The notes under the pieces were generated by a model, which saw only the letters and a program-made list of their open reading frames with translations, searched no databases and was not told the DNA's origin. The translations under genes and the position numbers were made by a program. From NCBI GenBank assembly GCA_044892525.1, contig CM097886.1, positions 183,384,312 to 183,448,311 of the forward strand: a stretch of DNA of 64,000 bases. The letters run 5' to 3'. Source of the stretch: Schmidtea polychroa (lineage: Eukaryota). Shown piece after piece: positions 13,887 to 26,480 of the stretch; within the stretch, counting starts at the first letter, position 1, and every line of letters starts with the position of its first letter.

Positions 13887-15365
13887 CAGCGCTCCGTAAC
13901 CGGTGTGTCATGAGCTCAATACAGGTGAGCCGTGGTAAAATTCAATGTGTCGGCATTTTAATATTGAAAAATATGATAAAATTAAATCTATGAAATTATC
14001 CTTATTTATTAAAACAAAATTACACTTAATTTTTAATAAATAGATTAGTAAAACATTACAAAATCGTGATAGAATTTGTGAAAAAATAGTGAGGTAACCA
14101 TGTCAACACCATTCACGTACTAAAACAAAGTATTTATTGCGCAATAATTTAATCAAAAATATTTAATTGCAGCATTTTTTTTCTTCAGCAGTCCTTGAAA
14201 ATACCTTTCATTCTCTTTCACCCTTTCATCCATTTATTTGCTTACACATACTCATTGCCACTGAATGGATATATGCACCTGCTGTGATATTTATTTGATG
14301 GTATTTTCTCTTCTTATATGCATATGATAGAAATTATTTTCAAAAAGATCTATGTTAATAAAAGATAATAAATACTTAATTTCTTTAGCTTCGAGTTCTT
14401 TGGCCTCTTCTTTCTCTACTGCTTAGAAATGAAGGAGATTTCTGTTTTTGAAAATAAATTTGTGTTCAGTTGCTCTACCTGGCTGTAGGTAAGTTGGGAG
14501 CGCGCTCGCGCGCGTGTGTGTCATAATATGTTATTTACCTGTCTGTTTATAGCACGGCAAGCGTCTCAGCTGCGTGGCAATAAAACCCTATTCCCTCACC
14601 GCCTCACCCAACGCTTTGTTACAAAAGGTTGAAAAAGGTAATGAATTTAATTCTATAATAAATTAATTTCAATATAAATCCTTATTGATATTTTTAAACA
14701 TTTTAGTAAAAGGCCTAAGAATGACTGGAAGAAAAACGAAAATATTGTCTGGAGCATAGTATAAAAGAAATCGAGAAGAAAAACAACATGTTGCTAAAAA
14801 ATCTTTGGTTCACTAACCAAATATTTGGAAAAACCTCCCGAAATGCAAAATGCTTGCAGTAGCCAAGCAGATCTAAGCAGTGAATTTTTTTCCAATGAAA
14901 ACGAATTATCTGCCGAAAATACAAATGATAATGACAATATTAGTAGTAATGATGAAATAGGAGATATTGCAGTTACAAATATCGACGATATCACTAAAAT
15001 TGATGAAGAATATTTTGCTATGTGTATAGAACTAAATGATCCAGCTTGCTGGCCTTTAACGCTTACCAATAAAATGCTGGATATTTTAATTGAAAAAGGC
15101 ACTTTTCAAAATATACAATCTACATATCCACTAAATGAATTTGGAAGATCATTTTCAAAGGTTTATTTCTATTGAAAACTGCCAAATGGTGAAAAATTTA
15201 ATCGTGAGTGGTTAATCTATTCTCCAAAAAATGATGCCACATTTTGTTTCTGTTGTAAATTATTTGGCAAACAAGAAATAAAATTAGTTAATGAAGGCTT
15301 CAACGATTGGCAACACATCTGACAACTTATCTCGTCACGAAAAAACACAAAATATCATTATTCGG
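13887..15365 (+). mobile_element. 5' part of a hAT-family transposon with a TTF-type zinc-finger transposase pseudogene (from about 14724)
   Basis: DPACW..[47 protein letters not shown]; a hAT-like terminus CAGCGCTCCGTAACCGGTGTG at 13887 (its link to the ORF is inferred). Confidence 0.7.
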
Positions 15366-15606
15366 CATGGATAGCCAACCGAAGATCACAAATCAAACCA
15401 AAGATCAAAAGTCAACCCAAATCCAATAAAACTATCACCAGATCAAAATTAATCATTTAATTCAATGGGCAAAGATAAAATTGTACTTCATATAAACAAA
15501 AATTAAAAATAAAATATAAATTAATATTAAATATTAATAAATCAATTTCCATTTCCACAGTTTAAGTGCTAAGCCAATCAAATCCATCAAATGGAGCTGC
15601 ATAAAA

Positions 15607-17153
15607 TCAATTAAAAAATATTTGCATCCGATTGGTTATTTCAGCGTTGCAAATAGCACAAGCGTGCAATCGATCAACACAATCAAAACAGAACAAATGG
15701 CCACATTGTAATGCAGTATTTACATTATTGTCCATGCAAATATTGCACACCTAAATTGCAATATCTCATAATACAAATCCATATATTAATTTACTCCTTT
15801 CTCCTTATCTCTGTCACTCTTTTTCACATCAGGTTTTGTAAAATTTTTACCAAAAAAATTCTCAATTTCCTCCTTAACATTGATATCTGTGCAAGAATCA
15901 ATAATCCGCTGGCCACGAGAGGTAACCTTATAGATGTCACCACCTAGAGGGATTATTGTTTTAATAGCTGAGATCAGTCTTATTTTGGAATATGCCTATA
16001 AATCAATAATTATCAATAAACAATAAACAATAATCAATCAATCAATACATTATCGGAAATCGATATTTTCCCAAATAATTGTGTCAATACCGTTTGTCCA
16101 TCAGCATCCTCACAATTGAATTCATTTGATTCATAAATCAAAGCTTCCATCAAATCTTTCTCCTCTATCTCAATTGCCATCTGAAGAGCTGATTGGTTTC
16201 TCGTGTTTTTCAAGTTGACAAATTTCGATTTGTTAATGGATTCCAATAGTTTCCATGCGTATTTCCATTTCTTTTCCTTGATGATAAATGTTAATAAGGT
16301 TTCTCCCACTTCCAATGATCTAGGTTCCAATATTTCTATTCTTATAAGGTGGTCAAACAATTCATTGTTATCATTATTCACAGAATCATGGAGGAGATTT
16401 TCTATGATTGATTGCTGTAATGCAAAACTTGATTTATCAAATAATAATTTCATTAGTTTAGTTTCAGCTTTCACGCATGATTGAAAGGTGACATTTGTAA
16501 TATTTGCGGAGAGACAATTGTCAGAGAGAAGGTTGATCAATATTTCTCCATATTCAAACCAATGATTGGTGAAAGGCGTTTGAAAATCGATTGAGGAAAT
16601 ATTGACCAATTTAGGATTATTGGACACGAGAGCAAGCATTAATCTGATCAATTGATTTATTATCAATGATTTATGGATAAATTTTAATAAATTTTACTTT
16701 TCACTTCCAATATTCGATGCCAATTGGAATACAGTGATCCCATTGGTTGATTTGACATTGACATCTGCTCCGTTTCCAATCAATATATTTGTAATATCGA
16801 TTAATTTATTCAAGTTCTACAATTAATATTTACAAGTCAATCAAAATATTTCCTTACGTCATCATTGATATCAATTGGTGGCTCGGCAAGCATCTCAACC
16901 AACGGAGTGTTTCCTAAATCGTTGATACTATCAACTTGTGCTCCCGCATTGAATAGTGAACTGCATAAATTTGGTTGCAGGCATTTCACCGCCAGATGCA
17001 GCAATGAATTATTGTCTCCGTCATGAGCATTTGAGCTGTTTGAATCCAGTTTGTCAACAAAACATGGGAAAAGAGTCCCATGAAATTTCAATGACAAAGT
17101 CAGTGCATTCTCATTGACTGTCAATGAAATTATTGATTGTGCAAATGGAATGG
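15607..17153 (-). CDS. Ankyrin-repeat + C-terminal RING finger protein (putative E3 ligase); 5' end unresolved
   Basis: Exons 17153-16858, 16816-16698, 16643-16049, 15995-15795, 15750-15607 join in frame through 41-54 nt GT-AG introns (about 450 aa). Ankyrin motifs NSLLHLAV, GADVNVK, NQSALQMAI; RING CNICMDNNVNTALQCGHLFCFDCVDRLHACAIC. Confidence 0.85.
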
Positions 17154-18181
17154 CTGGAAATAAGAAATAAAATGAATGATAACTGTAGTGTATTGTCAAA
17201 GTTTTATTATTGTTATTTACATTACAAAGAAGTTATGAATAAATAAACCCTCTTCAATTTAATCGTCCCGTTCATTATACAAACGATATAGATTTGATTC
17301 TCTATAGTATATAATTTTTATAAAGAATCGATCACAAAAAATTCGAAATTAAAAAATTCATAAATCAAAGATATTGAAGCAGAAAATCCTAAAGTTGGAA
17401 TTTATCTGAAAAATAAATTATAATAATATCTCAAATCCTCTGATCCTATTCAAATCCGTACGGATACTTTGTGCAGCCAATTCTCACTAATTCATATAAT
17501 TATCAAAAGCTAATTACAATTTATTTATAGTCCGGATCCATTAATCGAAGATATAAAAATTTAAATATAAAGTACTTTTCAATTTTACGCGTTATTAAAA
17601 GTATAAATATTGGTATTATCATCACTTATTATTCGTTAATTTACATAGAGACACACAAACTGTCCGAAACAGTTTCTCTACTGGTGACTCGGCTGGGTAC
17701 TAATCTTCTACAATAACACAATAATAAAATACAGTTACTACACCCTTATATTTAGAAACTAATAACAATAACGTTCATTTATTAAAAATCATTATTATGG
17801 TTTACTGATAATATTTCTATATTACTTTCTATTATTTGAGTAGTATGCCTCAATATTCCTCATATTTGAATATTATAAATGTTGCGTTTTAATTGCTATC
17901 ATAACCATATTTGTTAAATAAAATATTAAATTTTAATTCTTTGTTTTAATGCGTCATTGTATAAAATGTTGCGTTCAATAATTTTAATTGATAAAATGAT
18001 AACAGAATTGAATAGAAATTCAAATATTATCATTTATCAGATAATTATAATTAGAAATCATTCGATTTTTACAAATTAATTAAAATTTATAATTTGATAA
18101 AGTTTCACATCAATACAAAATATTAATATCGAAATAATAAAAGCAGATCGATTGCATGTTAATTTAAATTAAATCAATTAA

Positions 18182-21100
18182 AGTAGGGTAGTGTGTGGAC
18201 CCGGGAACAAAGAATTATTACGTGATCGATGACGTAACAAAGGAAATTACGGCATATCCAGGGAGAGTATAATTTTAATTCTCCTAAAGTTACGTAACAG
18301 ATATTACGTAACAAATACATTTCGCATGGTATATTATGTAACAAAGACCTATTACATAACAAAGACATGTGACTCGTCATTTTAAACAAAGACATATTAC
18401 GTAACAAAGACATTTATGAAACAAAGACGCATGAATCATCACTTTTTAATCATTAAATATATTAAGTTACGGTATTTTAAAATTTAAATATATTTTAAAA
18501 ACACATTTTGACGCTAAAGTTGACTTATTGAACAAAGACATAATAAAATTATTGTACATGCTTTGCATAAATATTAATTTTTTGAATTTTCAATATTTTC
18601 TTTCAAAGTATTATTTTAACACACGCGGGAGTTATTATTATTATTATTATTAATGAAAAACCTAAAATATTGTTAACACATACACAACCCATTAACCATT
18701 ATTATTATTATTATCAATATTAGTGAAAAACCTAAAATATTTATTTTTTACACACATACACAGCTCATTAACCATAATTATTATTTATTATCAATATTAT
18801 TATTATCAATATCATTATTATTATTGCAAATATTAGTCAAAAACCTAAAATATTTTTACACACATAAGTTATAGGGTAGAGAATTATTATATGTTTGCAC
18901 TAATTAATTAAATATGAAAAATTTGTTTTCTGTGTTTGCCTTTACAGGAAATTGTCAATAAAAAGCAATAATTTACAATTTTACACACATTCTAAATGCA
19001 CATACCTTGTTTAAAATGGGTGTATATTCTTAATATGTGATTATATAGTCAGAGTTTATCCGACAAGATATTCTGTCCCCCTATGGGTATTGCTAGCAAG
19101 GGTACTACTCACATTCAACATGTCGCAAGGGTTTTCGAGCATATAAATGTTTATTAAGGTTAGTAAATAAAAGTTATCACAAGTAAACGCTATTTTCAAT
19201 AATTATTTAAACGATAAAAATCAAGACAAGAGAGGACAAGGCGAAGTTTATGCATTTAGTATTATCAGGCCTAATGAGCAGTGACCAAATATCTGTGCCT
19301 GAAAGACACGGTGGATATTTGTTCGTGTCCACAAGGGTCGTCTGTGCCTCCTCAAGAAGGGTTAGAAGAACCTGGGCATCATAGTTTTCCGTACGGAACA
19401 TTACGCCTAGCATGTCAAAATACATGCTTCATTGGCATTATAACCAAATTAATTAATGTTTTCACTAACAACAACAATATTTATTTACAGAGGCCTCCCA
19501 CTAGTTGGATTACAACCACCCACCAATACGATCAGCTTGTAAATACATATTAATTAAGGCATTAATAGGACCCACCCAACCCTATTATATCTAATTTACA
19601 AAGAGTTTCTCACTCTTTTGGATTTAGTCTGTAATCTATCTCAAAATGTAGTAATCTCAATCGGGCCATTTGATCATGATTTCATTGAATACATAATTTC
19701 TTTTACAAATTGGACGTATTTCTTTGCTTAGTTTCTGATGCGGTGTCAACTCTCATTGCTAAAATTTATATTGATTTAGCAATTAGCTTAGAGACGTTAT
19801 CTAACATTTTATCGTCACGTGCTTGATAAATTTGAGATTAAATTCTACCTGACTAAATCTATATATTTAGGGTTGTGTCCAGTATTTAATCGCCATCTAT
19901 ACGTTTGTTCAGTTATCACCATGTTCTCGATTTCGCTCATTTTTGTTTAAAACATTCAGGTGAGTTGTTATCTTGTTATCTGAAAAGTTTCAGTTTCTTT
20001 TAGCTCAGTTTTATTAAAAAACTTACGGACCTTTTTGAGGGACGTGACACTGGAAATAAATTAACAATGGGTGGTTTATAATATTACATCCATACATGTT
20101 GTTGGTCTGAGCTGTCGATTTATTTTAGAAATAGGTATATTAAAAACATTTAAGGTATCATTCAGTAATATAATATAGTATTTTTGAGTATTTTCTAGTT
20201 AATTTATAAATAACAGTATTTTGATGTATCAATAAAGACCATATAGTCTGAGTTTATCCGACAAGATATTCTGTCTCTCTATGGGTATTGCTAACAAGGG
20301 TACTGGTCACATTCAACATGTCGCAAGGGTATATTAATTAATATCAGTTAAAAATTCTAATGTAATTTAGTGAGATGATCAGAAATTCGTGAATATTTTA
20401 AATGTAACTTACCGATTTCGATTGAAAATTTTTATTGGTTAACATTTTGGAAATTTAAAGCAAAAGGTAATTTATTCATCTAATGTTCGTTACCATAGTT
20501 AATAATATGAGAAATACATAGTCATTGATAATTTGAAATTCTTTATCATTTGGAGAAAATTTGTTCGAGGAAAAATATTTAAAGGAGTCAGTCATAATAT
20601 GGTTATCATTTAACCAATTAAGGTGCTTAGAAATAACAATTCTTTTCTTATTTAATGAGATGATCATTGGGCGTAATATATCTTTGCAAGAAATAAATGG
20701 GTTAAGATGTTTGAGTAACCAAAACATGGATATTTTTTGCGATCAATTTATGAATATTGGTTAATTTAGTCATTTAAAATAATAATATTTAGCAAAGGTA
20801 ATTTAGCAAAATATCATTGAAAGATTTATATATCCGATAACAATATTCCTTCAACAGATTAACTGATATTCAACTGATTTAATTTCTAGAAATCTAATTA
20901 AAATCATAAATTTCCTTCAATAAAGATCAATTTTCTTTAGTTGGTTTCCATCTTCTTTAAGTCAATATTTCTCGATTTTTGTCAACGATATCCCCACAAT
21001 GAATAAAATAACTTCTTAAATAAAAATAATTTAATGCAATAACCATTGATATCAATTAATTCTAAAGATTTCAAATATTTCATTGTCAAAACCAAGTAAA

Positions 21101-23381
21101 TAAACACCTACTTGATCAATAACCATTAATAAAACCGTTGATAATTAATAAAAACTGGTTCTGAAACATAAATTACTATGCAATAACATTCATCACAATC
21201 TAATAAAACGATATAATTTCACAGGAACTATTATTAATTCATAGCTGACTATTTCCCTTGAAAATTTGATATTTTACCAATAAGAATATTTAAATAGAGA
21301 TTTCGAAACATTAACCGATCCCTCACCAAATGTTTCTACCCCTTTCAACAACTCCTTAAAAATTATATATTACCATCTTAACCTTCACTAAATCCAACCA
21401 ACTTTATCTCTTAATTTCACCCACTTGAGTCCTTTAATATATCTTAAAATCTATAGAAAATTCTTCAAAATATGAATTTTATTTAATTGTTACAAACATT
21501 CTTCCATTGAAATAATTTAGTAGCTAAATTCAAAGAGCTCACTAAAAGATCAAAATTCACTAAAATCAATATTTTCTACAAATATGTTGTCGAATAAACT
21601 CAGAGTATATATAATAAAATGAATTAACAATAACTCCATCAAATTGAATCAGTCAAATTATCACGAATTTTGATAAAAAATCTTATTCTAAAATGGTAAG
21701 CAGCGTAAAATCGAAAGATAATTTTAATAACACAGAGATAAAATTAACAATATTATTCTCAGGTGGTAAGAATCATCATTATTCTATGATTAATTAATAA
21801 TGAAATTCAAAAAGGTGAAAATAAGTGTTTGAATTATTCATTAATTGATTATGGAAAGTAATTGTAAATATACTGAGAAGTGGCATGGAAATATATTAAT
21901 TGCATTTATTTAAAATTATTTCATAAAATTCATAAAAATTCATAAAAATGATCACTTTAATAAAAAATATTTAATACAATTTTAAAAGAAATATTTGTTG
22001 GGAGGATATAAGTGATAATAATTAGTGGAAAATCGAGGGCTATAAGTGATGATATATAAAATTCTTTGAAATATATGAGTAACTAACAAATTAAAATATT
22101 TTAATAATGTTATAAACATTTATTTGATAAAGTATTTAATCCACAAATGACAAACATACATAACAAACCGTGAATGGTATTTGACTGAGCATTATGATAA
22201 ATTCATATTTTAAATTTTGATTAACTCCTTTAATATTGAAATAATAATAGCAATTTATTATTATATTTACTATTTTACACTAAATATTTCAAAAACAAAT
22301 ATACTAAAAGATAATTTAAGATACATCACTCTTTTCAATTAAAATGAGCTCACAAAGTTAAGAAGGAAACAAAGTGTTTCAGAACACATACCCCGCATTA
22401 ACTTTACTTAAATATATGAAAACACCAAGTAAACAATGATAGTAAAGGGATAATAGACTCAAAAATAAAATATTCATACCACCTGAGAATAATATTGTTA
22501 ATTTTATCTCTGTTATTAAAAATATCTTTCGATTTTACGCTGCTTACCATTTTAGAATAAGATTTGTTATCAAAATTTATGATAATTTGACTGATTCAAT
22601 TTGATGGAGTTATTATTAATCAGGTTTTATTATATATATTCTGAGTTTATCCGACAACATATTTTCCCCCTCTATGGGTATTGCTCTTAAGGGTAATAAT
22701 AAATTGATAATAAATAATAATAATGGTTAATGGCTTGTGTATATATGTAAAAAATAAATATTTTAGGATTTTCACTAATATTGATAATAATAATAATAAT
22801 AATAAATCCCGCGCGTGTTAAAATAATACTTTGAAAGAAAATATTGGAAATTCAAAAAATAATATTAATAATATTTATGCAAAGCATGTACAATAATTTT
22901 ATTATGTCTTTGTTCAATAAGTCAACTTTAGTGTCAAAATAAATTTTTAAAATATATTTAAATTTTAAAATACCGCAACGTAATATATTTTGTCCTACCC
23001 CTTCATTGATTTAGGTTACTCAGAATTTAATAATAATTTTAATAATAATAATAATAATAATTATAATATTCCCCGCACGCATAATAATAAATAATAAGAA
23101 GAATAATACTTTGAACTTGTATTTGAAAATAATTTATGATATGTTGAATGTGAGTAGTACCTTTAGGGGGAATATCTTGTCGGATAAACTAAGACTATAT
23201 ATAATAACAGTGCTCGAAGTGAGGCGGGATATCCGGGATATTATCCCGGCATTGATTATGTAGGCGGAATTGCATCCCGGCACTTCATTTCATATAATCT
23301 ATAGGTTTATCCCGGTACTTATTTCATTTTATAGGCACACAAATACTGCAATTAAGGTCACACATAGTACATCCATATATG

Positions 23382-23434
<53 letters not shown>

Positions 23435-23683
23435 TTTATTCTCTATTCTCTATTCAATTAAGAATTTCCCAAGCAGCAGTAATGGATAGGTAGGTATATT
23501 CTGAAACTTATGATTAAATGGGTGGACACCCCCCAAAAAAAAATTGTTGGACACCCCCCAAAGTTTTGCAACACCCCCAACTGAAAATTTCTGCATAAAA
23601 GCCTGGAATCCCGGGTGCCACAGCATGCCTATCCCGGCACATATTTTGTTCCACTTCGAGCACTGCATAATAATATTAATAAT

Positions 23684-23729
<46 letters not shown>

Positions 23730-24130
23730 CAAAGTATGTGCAATAATTATGTCTTTGTTAATTAAGTCAACGTTAGCGTCAAAATGTGTTTTTAAAATAT
23801 ATTTAAATTTTAAAATACTACAACGTAATATATTTAATAATTAAAAAGAATGATGATTCATGCGTCTTTGTTTTTTAAATATTTTTGTTATGTAATATCT
23901 TTGTTTAAATTGGTGAGTCATATGTCTTTGTTTAAAGTGACAAGTCACATGACTTTGTTATGTAATAGGCCTGTGTTACGTAATATGTCTTTATTGTCTA
24001 ATATGTATTTGCTACATAATCGTTATGTAATTGTTGTTATGTAACTTTAAAAAATTTTTTAAAAAATTAATAAAACCCTCCCTGGGGGAATGACGCAATT
24101 TCCTTTGTTACGTCCACACATTACCCTACT
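18182..24130. mobile_element. About 5.9-kb foldback-like composite with long terminal inverted repeats
   Basis: The ends AGTAGGGTAGTGTGTGGAC / GTCCACACATTACCCTACT are inverted; homology extends several hundred bp; AATTAA flanks both sides; the two flanks are contiguous in the paralogous copy at about 2660-2830. Confidence 0.7.
23208..23665. mobile_element. hAT-type MITE, 458 bp
   Basis: Perfect 14-bp TIR CAGTGCTCGAAGTG; 8-bp TSD TATAATAA/CATAATAA; internal (TA)n. Confidence 0.85.
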
Positions 24131-24132
24131 AA

Positions 24133-24923
24133 TTAACTAATAAAAAATTTACCATTTTCATTTCCGGAATATCGATTAATAATCTGTTAATAATAGAAAT
24201 ATAAAATTCAAATCAAATAAATTGTGACATTTCCTCACCTCAACAGATCTCACAACATCGGCACCCCGGTTCACCAGTTGAGCACAAACATTTACCATCC
24301 CTCGAATAACTGCACAGTGCAGGCCAGTCAATCCCATCTATATCTCACATAGTTATTCAATCAATAATCAACAAATCTTACAAATCCAGCCTGATCAATA
24401 TCAATTGATCGATCTATCAAATATTCACAATTCTCCTCCAATCCGCTCGCAATTGCCTCATGCAATGGAGTTTGCGAATACTAAATAATGCCAATATATC
24501 AATATCAATATTGATTACTCTATTGATTTACTTTGTTTTGTGTATTGGTATCGATCTCAAATTGCTGCAATACATTGATGCATTTCCTATGATGCAGCGA
24601 ATGGGCCAAGGCCAATGCAGTCCCCATTGTCTACAAATATATTGATTTGATCATTTCAATAAACACATACTTCATTATTTGCATTGATATCTACAATGTC
24701 CTGATTATCTAGTATAAATTTGGTCATATCGGCATCATTATCAGATATTGCTGTGTGTAATATGGTGAAATTGACCTTGATAATAAATAAAATTAATTAT
24801 TGATTTTGCATTATTCTGATGCACCTTTTGTCGTGATTCCATCAGAATCATTCGTTCTTGTATTTCTTCTTGTATTTCCACGAATCCTTTTTCCTTTGCT
24901 TTGTCAATGGCCTTGATCCATAA
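24133..24923 (-). CDS. Ankyrin-repeat gene copy 2, 3' exons
   Basis: Paralogous to 2793-3575, e.g. YSQTPLHEAIASGLEENCEYLIDRSIDID / MGLTGLHCAVIRGMVNVCAQLVNRGADV; frames open, splice sites kept. Confidence 0.75.
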
Positions 24924-26093
24924 CTGAATGATGAAATCAATGCTGATTTAATCAATTTCATCTCAAATTAGTTAATAATAATAATAATAATAATAACAAT
25001 AATAACAAAAAACAGGTAAATGATAAGGTAAGCATTTGCTGCAAAATCTTTATTAAGTGAGAAAATTATTTATATAAAATAATTCAATTCGATCTTTCAT
25101 AATTTTGCTTCAATGTTGAAATGCTTGCATGATTTCCTTTTAAAATTCATTTCTGATTTTTATTTGTTGAAAATTGATTAATTAAAATTACTGAAATGTA
25201 AAGCATAAAATATTTACGTGTTGACATATTTGAAAATATGTCCTACCAGTCAACTCAGGAAATTATTCACTATAAAATAGCTATAATTAACTATAAACAA
25301 GATTTTAAAACAAAAGAAGGAATTTGAGACGGTTTAGGTGAATAGAAAAGGAAAATGTGCAAGGAAGAGGAAGACAATAATAGATGAAGCTTTATAATAG
25401 GAGAAAGTAAATTGAATTCTAGAGAAAATAACCAGCAACTTCAGAAAGGCTTCGCACATGGTGGTGTTATTATTCCCGATTCCACAGCTCGACACTGGCT
25501 TATCAAAGTTAGAACAAATCTATTAGACCTCAAAAAACAATTATTGAGCTCTGTTCAAAAATGACAACGAAAACTTTAATACAGCTTATATCAATAGAAT
25601 CATTACACGTCCATAAGGACGATGTTTTGATCTGGTTATTCTATAAAGGTACCGGATCCCCTGTGTCGGTTGAAGGCATGATAAACTCTCATAAATAAAT
25701 AGACTGAGAAACAATCGCTACAAATGGAAATATTTGATATTATGGCTGATGTTTGAATGACGTAATATGCTTGACAAAATTGGGTTGAGGCATGTGATAA
25801 ATCCAAGGCAACATGCAATATAGTTGAACCATTTGTAATTAATCTACCAACTTCATACTTAGCAGAGAAAGGTTGGGAAACCCTTATTTACAGTGCATTG
25901 TACACTAAATCAAAGTCAATTTTAGGTTTTTAGGAGAAATTGGTTTAGCGATAAAACAAAAATTTTATTTATTTTTTATTATTGTACCAGTTTTATTAAA
26001 TTGACACGAGTAGGAGTAAATTATATAAATTGTTTAGGGTTAATGACTGATTAGAATATAATTTAATTTGATTTTATATATGTTATGGTGAAA

Positions 26094-26095
<2 letters not shown>

Positions 26096-26176
<81 letters not shown>

Positions 26177-26177
26177 T
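26096..26177. repeat. (ATT)n microsatellite
   Basis: Directly visible; shorter (AAT)n runs near 3620, 23690 and 32570. Confidence 0.95.
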
Positions 26178-26480
26178 ATAATTATCATTGCTATCGTGCA
26201 TTAGTATTGCAATTTCTGCATGTAAAGTATGTATATTTATTGCATTTATTAATAATAGCGTATGTTTATACATTTATTAAGAAAATCGGAATGGCAGAGC
26301 AGAAGGAATGAGATATGTGACATAAGATGGAAGAATAAAATGCAAGATGATAACAAATGATTTGAATATATAGAGAGATTTTAGAGCTTTGATTCGAGTA
26401 ATAAATGAGGATTAAAATGTATTTCCAGGTTCCATTAGCCGTGTAGATACCTTGAAAGCATTTGAAATGCAATTGATTGC

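Noticed and set aside
17683-17700. PBS-like TGGTGACTCGGCTGGG
   Set aside because: No adjacent CA-ending LTR or downstream gag was found
20380-20900. LRR-like peptides (LPISIEN.., LKDLYISDNNI)
   Set aside because: Fragmentary, and could arise by chance in AT-rich DNA
25290-25900. Possible transposase debris (FVINLPTSYLAEKG)
   Set aside because: Single short motif; family not assignable
23270-26273. Ile/Tyr-rich ORFs ([12 protein letters not shown])
   Set aside because: Translations of (TA)n and (ATT)n microsatellites
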